Positions 1 through 13,300 of a DNA stretch of 59,196 bases are shown piece after piece. A program made the translations under genes and the position numbers. The DNA comes from Trichoplax sp. H2 (taxonomy: Eukaryota). The stretch is taken from NCBI GenBank assembly GCA_003344405.1, contig NOWV01000154.1, positions 124,001 to 183,196 of the forward strand. The letters are read 5' to 3'. The notes beneath the pieces were generated by a model. It searched no databases. It was not told where the DNA came from and was given only the letters and a program-made list of their open reading frames with translations. How positions within the stretch are numbered: the first letter of the stretch is position 1; every line of letters starts with the position of its first letter.

Positions 1-2166
1 ATTTAGGAATGATTCTGGCAGCTTTGATGTAGCACTACAGTAACAAAAGTTACATGTGTGCAATATCGGATAAAGTAATTACTAATTATAAAGATAATAT
101 CGTATAACACTGATAAGAACTCAGTATTTCTAGATTAAGCCTCGTTTACATAAACTCTATAAACGGTAAAGAATATCAAACTGCGAAACAACAATCTATC
201 AAGGGCGTATGCTAAATGTTGTTCGTGTAACTAGACACTTCAGTTTTGTTGCGTTATACTCATATTAGGAATAAATATGGTTTATAAATGGTAAATAGGA
301 CGTTTAAAGAACAGCAGTCACACTTATGATTTTTAGGCACCATCTTATTGAAAATAATAAGCAGTAACTAAGACACGTTCGTACTAGCAATAAATCTGTT
401 TCGTAAATGGTAAATAGTGCAATTAAATAACGGTAGTCACACTAACGATGTTGAGATATCGGTCTGATTATATAGAGTAATACGCAATAGCTAAAGTATC
501 ATGCCGCTATTTTCAGTACAATACACAGCATTATAGGTTTGCTATCATTACTGGCTGGAGTAGACGTCAACATTTCCATAAGTACGATTTGAGTATACAT
601 AAATTCGATAGAGTACGGGTGCCCTAAATACTTTATGATAACTATGATCATGCACCTATGGCATGAAAGCCGTAAGTTATACTGTTACTACTGTATTAGT
701 GATCAAAGCGTAAAAACGTAGTCTCGACGTTCAAGATTGAACCAATTTCTTACCCTTTGAACAATCCACTAACAATGTGTTGATAACATGTTCATGATAA
801 TTATAATAGCATTATGCCACCATATGGATACTTGAATTGCTAATAACAATGAAAGAATTTCTGATGAATATTATATTCAGAAATTGGAAGTCCATTGTAA
901 TATTAAAGCCTGTATGCAAAATAGATCAACAACGCTTTACTTGTATCAACATCTAGAATATGAGTGAGATGTTATCCATTAATATCGATTATTGAATATT
1001 TATGGAATAGATATCATAAAATTTTATTCCATTTCACTGAATTAAAGTAAATTGTAATTTTGGCGATTTCTATAAAGCATTATATAAATTAACGAAAAGT
1101 AGCAAATCCAAGTATATAGCATTGCAAGGCAAAGCATCTATAGTACCCTATCCGATTTTAGATTTAAAAATTTTACTAGATATGATAATTTCTATAAAGA
1201 GTGAAAGCTTATCTCCGGGTATTTTTACTATTTAGGTAGTAAATCAATGATCCAAACATTTGTTACCAACACGCATTGTGTGAGCATTAATATAACTGAT
1301 AGAATAATACGTTAATTCTAGTTATAGTTTCGATCAGACAGTCCTACCTATGACGCAAAATAATACCTTCATTGAGTAATAAATGAAAATTTTATAGAAT
1401 TCGATCTTAAATCGGTTACTTTGATTGAATAATTCAATTAGAGAGACAATGTATTATATGATATATGAGTAATTAATAATTGTAATTAATCTTTATGCAC
1501 AAGAAAATTACTTTTATCGAAGGTACTGTATACTAAGTTGCCTTACTGTAACGTTACTGAAATGTTATTTAATCTTTACCGTACATTACCACAACTTAAT
1601 TAAATTTAAATTTCAGTCATAACATTAAGTACATAAATGATACTATGATAAGTACTAGGATTGTGAAGATTAAACAATCGATTAACAATTACTTAAAATA
1701 TTAAGGAGTTTAATATGGATAAAATAATAAATAGATTGCAGAACTTTAGTAAGATTCGAAAGCTTCAAAATTTATTTTAATTAAGCGTTGCTTCGACCTT
1801 ACGCTTTGTTAGTATTGTAATACTTCATGTTGCCAATATGGTAACATGTGGTGATTTATACCCGCGATATAATACGCTAGTTTAGATGATACAAGAGCAT
1901 TGTGATAACCTATATGCGAACTGATTGTTAGCAAGGCCTTTATTAATAGATGATTTTAAACTGCTGAGTTGTAAAGCATTTGTTATAAAACAAACACGTA
2001 TTACGCCTTTACAGATGTTAAATATCCTTATTCATCTATAAACGTAAAATCTTCTATCGTACTACACAACAAGATAGCGATGATAATGATATTCTACAAA
2101 TGATTTGCTATATATAATCAAATCTGTGACCTACGCCTTCCGTAGTATGATACTTCTTTAGTAGCA

Positions 2167-5061
2167 ATGGCAACTGCGTCAAATAGTCGATGTAATAGTT
2201 TCAGCGTTCAAAACGATGCTTGGTCTAAAGAAATTTGTTTTTTCCCCATGTCGAAACTCGAACATTATGAATTCGAGAAAAGAATTAGCTGCTATCTAAT
2301 TGGTAAAAGAATTGGCCAAGGTTTATTTGCTGCCATTCACGAAGGCTTACACATTGTTACCGGAGAGAAGGTCAGTAGGGTATACGTATATAAATGATTA
2401 TTAAACGAAAATATTAATTGATTTTTAAATATTTAAATCTGTAATGTTAGTCTTGATTTCGATGTAGAACTATTTAAAAAGAGAGTAGCGCACCATAAAT
2501 GGGGACTGACATGATCTTGTCCATCTTAGATATTACAGTATTTAGTAGTTAAATACAGTGATTTTGTGCGTAATCAATTATCATGATCTCAGATTAGCCA
2601 TACGGTATCATAATCTTTTATTGCAATATTTTAATGAAATAGGATACTTTAATATGAATGAGAAAAATTAGCATAGTAAAGTTTAAAATTCTACTATAGC
2701 TTAAATCAGCTTTGAAGCGAAGGCTAATAAATACAGCCATTTTAAAATAGTTTTTGATAGATTTATTGACTATTATCATTTTGACAGTTAAAATTTCAGT
2801 TAAAATTTTTGTTTATGAATATATACTGTTTATTAGTTGATTTTATAATTAAAACGATAAAGTACAAGCTTAATCTGCTACGAAATAATTGTTCCGAAAA
2901 ACTTAGTATTTTTACTAAATCCTAATTCAGTATCTTATGTTCATTAACTGAACGAGGTTCAAAATCAAAAGGGCTTATTACGAACTATGCGAATGGCTAT
3001 ATAATTCTTAGGGAATAAACACTTTGTTACATCAATTTCAGTGCCACATACACATATATGGCAGTCTTACCTTTGCTTTATTTCAAACTACTTCAAAATA
3101 CCCAAATTTCATCTGTATCCTAATTTGCAGGTAGCTATTAAGGTTCTGGATAAACAAAAATTGCGGAATGACTTTTATGCCAACAGACACTTATATCGTG
3201 AAGCTAAAATTCTTCGATATATCAGTCATCCTCGCGTGGTTCAACTGCTAGAAACTTTTGAAACAGACAATAACTACTACCTTACTATGGAATTAATTTG
3301 TAATACATCTTTGGCAGACATTCTGGAGGAGAACGGGAAACTGTCTGAAGATCGAACCAAAAAGTATATTAAGCAAATAATTGAAGCGACTGATTATTTA
3401 CACGCACAAGATATAATCCACCGGTAAGTCTACTAGTTAAAATTTTGACAAATTTAATGACGAGATGCTATTTCTACATTTTTTGATCAAATGCTTTCAA
3501 AGTTATCTTTTGAAGATTATTTCAAATTATGACATGTAATGATTTTTGATGACTTTTTGGTATAATTTGTATCTTGATATACGTGTGCTAGAGATTTAAA
3601 GCTTGAAAATATACTAGTTGATGAAGATGATAGCATTAAAATTATTGGTAAGATATGAATTAGTATCCATACTACAAACCTTAGATCCTTGACTAATCTT
3701 GGTACTGCAGATTTTGGACTTAGCACTTTTACGAAAACTCGGCGTGAAAAAGCCAATGTATTCTTTATTCGTAAACTGTGTCAGTCTCAATGCGGTTCGC
3801 CAGCCTATACAGCTCCAGAGTTATTAGCAATTGATGAGTATGGTCCTAAAGCGGACATATGGAGTATGTAAGTAATATTTTATTTAAGTTTAATTAGCCC
3901 ATTCATGCTTTATTGTTACATACCGTACCATGAGCGTAATCTCTAGCATTACAGTTATTTGAAGTCTCATAATTCAACAGTTTTAACGCAATTTTGGAAT
4001 TGAATTTCTCCTTTATAAATAATCGCCAATTTTTCTTCAGAGGTGTCGATATGTTTGCTATGCTTACAGCATCGCTGCCATTTACTACTCAATCAGCCGA
4101 TATTAAAGAACTTCATCAAAAGATCATGAGTTTTCAAATCAACCCCGTTCCAGACAGTCTCTCTGAAGGTACTCGATTTTATTTATTAGCGTCTGTTACG
4201 CCAAGAATAAGGCACTATATATTTTAAGAGTAAAGAACCTGACATATAATTTGAGAAGATAAATCACTTCTAAGGAATAGATTGAATGAATTTAGCTACT
4301 TCAAATTTTTTAATTTCTAAAAGTCAGGCATAACAATCTATGATTAAACCTAATTACACTTACTCAAAATCTTTTATCCAATACATAGATGATCATAATA
4401 ATAATGAACTTGACAATTATGTTTAAATTTTTTTACACTTAGTTTGTCAAGTAGTATTAGTACTTAAAAGCTAAATACACGGTACTGAAATCAAACAGGC
4501 ATAAAAATAGAATTTGACAGACAAGAATTTTATTTCGAGTTATCATTATTTTTGGCAGATGCGATCGATTTAATGTTCAAATTTCTAAGTGTGGACCCAA
4601 GAGAAAGAATTTCACTTTCAAATGCTAGGAAACATAAGTGGCTAAGCAATTCCTGCAATAATAATCTGCAGCATCTGGACATGCTTAACGATTCAGTTAC
4701 ACTTCCCAAAGATATTGAGAAACAAATAATCAGAGCCATGCACAAAAAGCTTGGTTTAAGTCAAGAAAGTATAACAAGAGCTATCAAATTAAAGATTCCG
4801 AGCTATGCTTCTGCTACTTTTAAGCTTACTCTAGCAAAAATTCAGCGATATCATACGAAACTCTACAGAAGTATAACAAATGATCTATCAGAGTTTCATA
4901 TAGCATCTTCCAAAAAGTTAATTCAGACACACAGCGATAACAAAATGAAAGCTAGTGATGAGAGTCTTCCCAGCAGCAAAATTGAACCGAATAAGAAAGG
5001 TATCATAAATCGCCACAAACGCCCGTCAAAGAAAGATACTCATCATCCTACTAGTTCATAG
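2167..5061 (+). CDS. HUNK: HUNK-like (SNF1/AMPK-related) Ser/Thr protein kinase, 6 coding exons
   Basis: Phase-compatible GT-AG exons 2167-2370, 3131-3423, 3592-3647, 3711-3867, 4041-4168, 4559-5061 give GQGLFA..GLHIVTGEK|VAIK, HR|DLKLEN, D|FG, QCGSPAYTAPE, DIWSI|GVDMFAMLTASLPF. The segments EGLHIVTGEKVAIK, QCGSPAY and AMLTxxLPFT resemble vertebrate HUNK (from memory). The 3' end could splice further. Confidence 0.85.
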
Positions 5062-6548
5062 TTGTACGTATGTAATGGTTAACAAAATAAGGGCAAAATA
5101 TGATTAATTAAATAATAGTGCACTTTACAAGCTATAGCAAGCTTGCAAATGTTAAGAATTTCATATGTACAGCATACTATATAACTTAGCATGAATTTAA
5201 TTGATTTAATGAATATAGCTAAGACATAAACTAATAATACGATCGGAAGAGTTCCAAAATATAATAATAGACATGTATGTATTTAACTAGAGAAAGCAAA
5301 AAGTGATAATTGCAATAATTACAAACCTTTAAGAATTCATCTTCAGGAACATACTATCAATAATAAATTTGAGAGATAGTAAAATTTCGAACTAAAGAAT
5401 ATGTAACAGCTGTATACATTACATTTTACGTAAAAATACATTTCACGTTCTCAAAATCATATTATGATATCAATCGCAAAGCAATTTTGGTATTGTGCTA
5501 CGTTGGATAATTCCGAGTCTAACTGTCTATAATTAATTCAGTTTATCGTATCTGAGGAATTAATTTGAATTATAAACACTAAGTGAAAATTTGCTAAATC
5601 TCGTCTATGCCATTATCAGCAAAGTATGCCTAAGAATACAAATTAAAATCCTGTAATACTTTATTATATCAGGAAATAATACTTTTTAGTTATGATTTAA
5701 AGTATTTATATCTTAAATTTCATGTATATCACTTATTGTAATTTTTACAAAAGAGGACATTATATCCAAATATCAATTCCTAATCTGTGTGATACAGCAC
5801 AGTTACAATATTGCTAGATTTTTATTTATCATGTATTTAAGCTAAAATTTACTGATATACTGTATCTTAAAAACATCTTCTCCTTCCAATTCAATAAATG
5901 TGCTCTTAAATATAAATAATAAAACAGAAATAGGTATGGATGTATTCTTATCACATAACGCAATCCTCAAAATTTCTACCCAAAAATATTCCACCAAACA
6001 CACGAAATAAGTGTTAAGGAGCAAATGCTAGATTTTCAGACAATCAGCAGTACGGTAATTATAAAACAAAGATTAATTTTAGTACTGCAAAGATCGAACG
6101 AATCTAACAGTTAAAGTTTCTATAGAATTAGTATTCAATTATAGTAACGTTATGACTGTTAATTATTTAGAAGTCTTTAACTTGACAGGCAGTAGGTTTT
6201 TCTTGACGAGGTACAAGCTAATTTGATACACGATTGTCTTCATTAATCGTGTATCAATTAAATCTATTTTACTGCTGATATTAGATCTTGTGTGCAACGT
6301 ATATACAATAGATACTTCCATAAGTTCGTTGTTACGCAGAAACCGATAATAAACAGAGTACACCAGCTGTACTGTAGGGGCACGACCAAGCAAGAAAATA
6401 TAGTGCAATACCAACCAAATGCGACACAATATATCAAATCCAAAAGATTTTATTTAGATTTTGGCAATTCGATTAAGGAAGATATATAACTTAGTGTTAA
6501 ATAAAGTTTTGCATATGTTACACTTCACCATAGAGGTCTTGCATCAGC

Positions 6549-7610
6549 TCAGTTGTCTTTACTATCGATCAATTCTATTAAGCCGTATTTATTTACCAGT
6601 AGCTTTACCGTATTTTCAAAGGCACTATAATTTGCACATGAATAGATTAATGCGTAAGCTGACTAGTATATCTAATAATAATTGCCTAACTTAGTTACTA
6701 TAGCACAATAAGTAATAATGAAATCGAGTTTTGTATTTCTTAAAAATAATATTTTATACAGCCCTACCTTCCCTTCCTTATAATCTTAAAATATCCTTCC
6801 ACTGACAAGTTAATAACAGTTGATCCTAAACGAGATGACTGGTCATCTCCACTCTGTGAAATTCTTCCACCATCAAAGATAACGTCTAACTGATCCCAAA
6901 GGGATTGAAACTCATCAATGGCTAAGCTGCTAAGCGCAAGACTTTTATTGGCACTAGTTAATGCTAATGGTTGATCACATGCTCTAGCGACCTCTCGAAT
7001 GAATGGAAAGTCAGGAATACGAATACCAACTAAATTTGTATTAGGATTAAGTTTAGGATTTAAAACTGGATGGCGTTGGAATACCAAAGTTACCGGGCCA
7101 GGTAGGAGATCGTATAGAAGAGCATCACAAACACATACCGAACACCATCTATGCAGAAAGCAATTAATTATATTACATACATCGAATATATATGAATAAA
7201 GAATCAATTTCTAATCATCAATTCGGTTATCATAAGTAGTAAATGGACGTAAATGTACTTGCCTTTTTAAATCAGCAACATCGCCTACGCAGATAGAAAT
7301 TGGATTATCTCTCCTACGACCTTTAGTATTGTATAATTTATCGACAGCATTAGGGAGCTGGGCTAAAGCAGCAATACCATAGATAGTATCAGTAGGTAAA
7401 GCAATAATGTTGCCAGCTTGCAAACTTTCCTTGGCTGCGCTAACCGCTGTCTGAGTAACTTGATCGTGTACTGACTAACAGCAAATAAGATTTCATTCAA
7501 TATTCTCCTATACTTTATTGCTCTCTATATAAATTACATTCAATTTATATAGATTGGCCGTAACATACACGTATATTGTACATTGTACAATGTCTATTCG
7601 AGATCAACAT
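6549..7610 (-). CDS. YRDC: YrdC/Sua5 threonylcarbamoyl-AMP synthase (t6A tRNA modification)
   Basis: Exons 7610-7569 (tentative first exon), ~7475-7263, 7148-6768, 6624-6549. Motifs ALPTDTIYG, KGR..NPISIC, LLPGPVTLV, VGIRIP, PLALTSAN, GSTVINLS, IIRKGSAFENTVKLLVNKYGL. Intron 7262-7149 is GC-AG. Start codon uncertain. Confidence 0.9.
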
Positions 7611-8337
7611 CTTTGTTTGGAACGAAAGTTAAAACTTTTTCTGGCTATTAGCTGGAATCTAAAGTACCGATCACCATGTAAGATGGTACTATACGTTAAG
7701 TATTTGTCAAATTCATAACTAGCTAACCTTTAAACGTATATATATATATCACGTTAGCAAAACGATAAATTCTCGTGCAGTCGATAGATGGAAAACACCC
7801 GTCAGCTTCGCCAATGTAGTCAGAAAGGTCTCACCACAAATACGAAGTGCACACTCAAGTATACTACGCGAACATTAGTAAAACCAGTAGCAGAATAATT
7901 TCTACGATTCTAATGTATGATATTTCACTCCAAAGTAAAATAATCAAATTAATAAAGAGAATATCAATAATTGCAACAACCGATAGATGTGCAACCTCTC
8001 TACTGCGCCTATGGCATACCACGAACGAAGCAAAATTATTCTTACTGATTGATTTAAATGCAACGTATCTCCCTGTAGCGTAACGGACAGAGCGAGGGTT
8101 CGTTATCGTATTTCTCTTTCAGTTTGTGCAAGGAGTACGATACATACGAGTACATTAATACCACAAACTAGAGTTAGATCAGTTACCTTAGAGTCCTTTA
8201 GGTTTATAATTTTTCTCATAATAGTTCTTTTGGCTAAAATTTGCTTAGTTGCAGTGGCAAACTGAGATGGTAAAATTCGGGGCATGCAGGTTGGCAGACA
8301 AATCACGGCGCTGATTCAACTGATCCTACTTTCATTT

Positions 8338-8505
8338 CAGTACAGTATGGTACATTTGTACAGTACTACAGTACAGTATTGTACAGTATATTCGGAAATG
8401 TGCGATTGCGTAGTGGTTAGAATACTTACACTGTACACTGTACAGTACAGTATTCAACTTCTCTACCGTACTGTACTGGGTACTGTACAGTACTGTACGG
8501 TACAG
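8338..8505. repeat. (TACAG)n/(CTGTA)n degenerate palindromic pentamer array upstream of YRDC
   Basis: Multiple CAGTA/TACTG units, e.g. gtactgtacagtactgtacggtacag at ~8480-8505. Confidence 0.85.
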
Positions 8506-10376
8506 TTAAGATACCGAGATACTGATTAGTTGCGCGTATGTCCGACCGTCCGAATAGAGTTTCATGTCCAAGTGCCTTCTACGTAATTTTGCAATTGAGT
8601 TGCCACCCTTTGACTATATTATAAGCGCGAATTTTGCACAGAATATATAGCGCGATAGTAGATTTAGATCTGATCTTGTGACTTAATTGGCAAGATAATG
8701 ATTATAATGAAAGAAAATCATTCTTTAACTAGTTGTATATATAAATCATAAATTTTGCATCAATGATTTAGATACCTCAGGGATTGTCTAGGACTCGAGA
8801 GATAGTCCTTGGCAGTTGCTAGACGTAACCGACTCATGTAATGAAGCGAAGTTTATAAGAAACTATAATTTTTTGCTTCATTTTTGAGAATACACTTCAT
8901 CACAAAATGCATTCGAAACTGGTTTAGTCAATTTAAATTAACTCCTAATCGTGTTCTCGTATTAGATTTTGCCAATAAAATCGATCAGGGTAACCTTTAA
9001 CGCCCAACCAATTATCATACGTCATTGGTGTTTGGTATGTACATTTGTAATATATTGAACAAATACCAATGGAACATCGATTATATTGGGGGTACTTAGA
9101 GCATCGTTCCTAAGGTATAAACTCGTAGGTCTATGATATCCAAGGCATTAATTAAAAAACAGCAAATAATGCTTCGATCGAGCATCACGATTTGTATTTG
9201 AAGAAGTGCTTTCTTAGTTATTGTAAATGTCTAAATATATAAAGAAGTTATGTGCCATTTAAACAAGGTGGGTAGGGATAGATCAGTAAGGAAACATAAA
9301 GTTCACTGCGCTTCTCTAATTTCTTAGATGATTCAGATCATGAAATTTATTTGGTAGCTCATGAGTATAATCACTGTAATTGTTTACTTTTAATGCAAAA
9401 TCGAATGCAACAACATCATATCTGATCTGTATGCATACAAGGCAATCTTAAGATAAAGTTTTGCTCTTAGAGCTAAGAGAAGTTTCTCTTGACCTCGATG
9501 CTTTTGACTGAAAGCTATTGAATTCTACCAAAGAACAAGTGCGTCGTCATAATACAATTACCATTATTAGTGCTCTTTATTACTAAGAAAACAAATCCTT
9601 TCGATTTACCTGTTATTTCCAGCTCGAATAATCTTAGGTCCTTACTAATATGACCTAACTCAACTTAACACTATATCAAATTTCTGTTATCTTATATTAC
9701 GTATCATAATTTATTTAGCCTCTATCTAAATACTCTACTGTGTTCTACTCATAAAACTACTTTTCGCAGTAATCGGATGCATTTTAAATTAGTTGTAGAA
9801 AAGGCAGTAAAACGTAAAAGAATCTTAAATGCACTTATGACTGCGTAATAAAGTACGTTAAAAATACTAAAGACGATATGACCTATCGCAGAGATTTTTT
9901 AAAAATTGCTGTAACATAAAAACAAATTGCAATTATTTATAATTAAAAACAGCCATAAGCAATTAATTGCGGACTGAAATTTCGTCCCATTCCAGAATAT
10001 TGTTCAGTAAGAATACGATTTGCTGAATTACTGTAATAATACTATATAAGAAGGTTGTTAAAAGCATGAAATTATTAGTTGATTTTGAAGTACGTAAACG
10101 AGTTCAATAAATAGTTCCGGTTTAATTCTTTAAGAAGGTACGTTTTCTGTAATGTGTTGTAAAATGTGATGAATTCAATCCAAGTTTGTTACTCTCGATT
10201 CTGTTAATATAAACCGTCAAAAAAATAAAAATATACAATAAATATTCGAGAATTTTCCTTAAAATAATATTAAACTTTGCTACAAACATAAAAAAAACAT
10301 AGAAATGATCGATTTGGCCGATTTTTTTACTTAGCCTTGGCGGATACTTTAAATATTCATGATAACTAAATCCTAC

Positions 10377-13300
10377 CTTTAGTTTATGCCATCTCGGAAG
10401 CTGCTGATCAAGAAGCGGTAGACTAGACATAGGGACTCTAACCTCGCCAAGAAATTGTTTTTTGGGAACGTATTTATCTTGATGCCATATACTGATAACA
10501 AGTATTTTCTTCGATATCTCGTCGTCACTAGATATTTTATACTAGTAAGAAGATACGAAGAATTTAAGAATAAACCTGACAGCTATATTTCAAAAGAATC
10601 AAGGGTTGAAAGTTAAGGAATATCATAACAGTATGCATTCAATACCCAGCTATTTTAATATTATCACACAAATTTACATGCTTATTTAAAGTCTTCTTTT
10701 CTGCACTCATTAAAGTTAATATTTACCTTTAAAGTCTCATTATACTGCGGATTTGTAGTTCCTTTTTTTACCGTGGTTCTTCTTTTAGAATTTTTGCCCG
10801 TTTCAGGTACGAAATAAGTTTTGATATAACTAGATAGTCGAATGGAATGGGATCACAATGATTAAAACTCTTAAGAAGCAATTTAAGCTATTGAAAAATT
10901 GCAATTAATGACCTTCATGATTAAATAATACATAAACATAAGAAGGCTATTAACTGCCTAAAATTAAGCCTGCCTTTTAGAGATAAACATTATTTTTACA
11001 TAATTAATTCCTAATTATCTTTTCACTATTTATGCACTTTTGAAGGTCGATAGTTTTATGTTATATTTGGCTAATGCTAATAATAGCTTTTCTTAGTATT
11101 GCACATATTTTCCAGAATTTTGATATAGTAAAGGAACTTACGCATTGCATTTGTGCTTTTTTGATATAACGGGCAAATCACGAGCTCGATCAACATCAAT
11201 CTCTAATGTGCTGTTCTTTCTATTGTATCGAAGACCAAAGAGGATTTCGCCTTTAATTTCAACCTCTTCAGACTCGATACCACAACCATTATCACTATCA
11301 AAACTATTTTGCCTCGTCTAAATATAATTTAAGAAGTAAAGATAAATTATGTTTACACCCGTTGTTAGATATAATTAAAGTAGAAATATGACTATCATCT
11401 TACATAAGATACTGCTTAAATTGCTGCTTTTGGTATGCGATAAATGTACTCAATGAATGACTACATTTACCAACGGTACCGATAAAGTAACTTACCGTAC
11501 TTATAATGCTATTAAAAGTAGTTCGTAGCGTAGATTATATCTTAATAATTAAGACTATTTCAAAGCATGAAATATCTGCCTACACGTATGTCCAACTAGA
11601 CTCTAGTATATTTTTACACTAAATCATCTATGCAATAGCTACTGTAGTTTTGCCATCAACATCATTTAAATTATATTGTGTACTAAATGCAAATATATGG
11701 CAAAAAACTGCTCACCAATTGCAAATGGCGCCGTTGTTGTGGAGTCGCATATTTTTGAAAGTATGTCTCGATATCCTCTTCATCAGATTTTTCGGTACTT
11801 TTACGAAATTCTGGTTCTTTTATATTCTAATTTATTTAGAAAGTGTTAAATTAGTTTACACACTTTTCTGTAATATTTGAGATAAATTGAAAAAATTTTT
11901 AAGAGTTTATAAAAATCTTTATCTTATCGCTTACCTCTAATCTCTCATTCCTTCGAATTGAAACTTTTTGAAAAACGCCTAAATATAGAAGCAAAGAGAT
12001 TATTAAGTTTAGTTAGCTATAATAAAAATAATAAAAATAATCACTAAGAGTTATTACCTGTAGCATCTTCTAACATTTGAGAAACAACTACATTTTTATT
12101 GCGTAGTAAAACATTCTGTGTTGTAGTTGCATCTTCATCGCGCAATTCTACAGCATAATCGCTGTCAAAAGAGCCCATTGGCGATTCTGTATCATCGCAA
12201 CTGAAATTACCTTCATGATAACGCTCTCTTAATAACGCTTTTCTTCTTAAATCTGTTCGTAATATAACAGTTATATATTAATTATATTGAAGGCTTAAGT
12301 AAATCTTATAGCAATATAAGAAGAAAAATTTACGTTTTTGATCGAAATTCTATTTAAAATATGCGATGTATATAAATGTATCTGCTTTATAGTAGTAAAT
12401 GCTACCATTACAATGGCAAGAAAATAACCTGTTCGATTTTTCAAACTACTGGCTGCAAATGAATGCCGGTTAGCTTTAAAAGATGATAGGTCAGATCTTT
12501 CACCAGCAGATGCAATTCTTTTAATAGCTCCGCCATTACTAGGAAGAGCATGGCTATGAGGTGAATCACATTTGCCGTCGTGATCAATGGAAGAATAAAA
12601 TCCTTCACTACTTTCGTCTCGACAAAATCTTGTACTACAATTAGAATCCATTGATGCGAACGAATCAGAGAAGACACTATCGTTTGTTGATGAAACACGT
12701 TGTTTTGACATCATTTGTCCGCGACGACTTCGAGCAGATGTAAGGGGTTTTGATTTTTCGCGGAAACTATCGCGTATGTAATCATTCTTGTTATGCGAAA
12801 AGCTAGTACTTCTTGTAATCAAATCGTCTAAGTTTCCATCTTGTTTCTGCCAGGTTCTACTATCATTGTTAATTTCATTATTGCTTTCGTCATCATTTTC
12901 ATCTTCGCCATTGTACATAATACCGTTTACTTCCTCTGATTCATTCATATCCTCTATTTTCCCTATTGATAAGGCCAAAGTTAGTGAGAAGATTTTAGAA
13001 CTTATACAAATTAGATCCACTAAGATCTGTTCCCTCTGCAGGTAGATTATTACTTATATTACAACATTAATTAGATACGTTGAATAATTTTTTAATTTTA
13101 AATGATTGTCTGATATTATAGTACCGCACAAGGCAAATACCTATTAAGGCATGTATTTGGTTATTATAAGCATTATTAAACGGTATTTTTTAACAATTAT
13201 TGTATCCTTCATTATTTTTCTCAGATATCTGACTCCTGATATAGAATATTCCAGTTTTGAAAGAGTGTAAATAAGTGAAACATTCATTATCATTTCTTAA

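Noticed and set aside
3517-3756. Antisense or alternate-frame ORFs overlapping real exons (also 4530-4745, 6999-7199, 12441-13045, 35029-35642, 38140-38325, 50723-50995)
   Set aside because: Shadows of genuine coding exons, with no independent homology or motifs.
8284-8529. Short ORFs rich in TVQYSTV/YCTV (also 33109-33398, 51246-51431, 58865-59059)
   Set aside because: They are translations of the TACAG/CTGTA arrays, which lack stop codons in some frames; no protein signal.
13008-13035. Possible extra Slp exon after ctgcag (EGTDLSGSN..)
   Set aside because: No good donor gives a frame-preserving exon, and the frame hits a stop.
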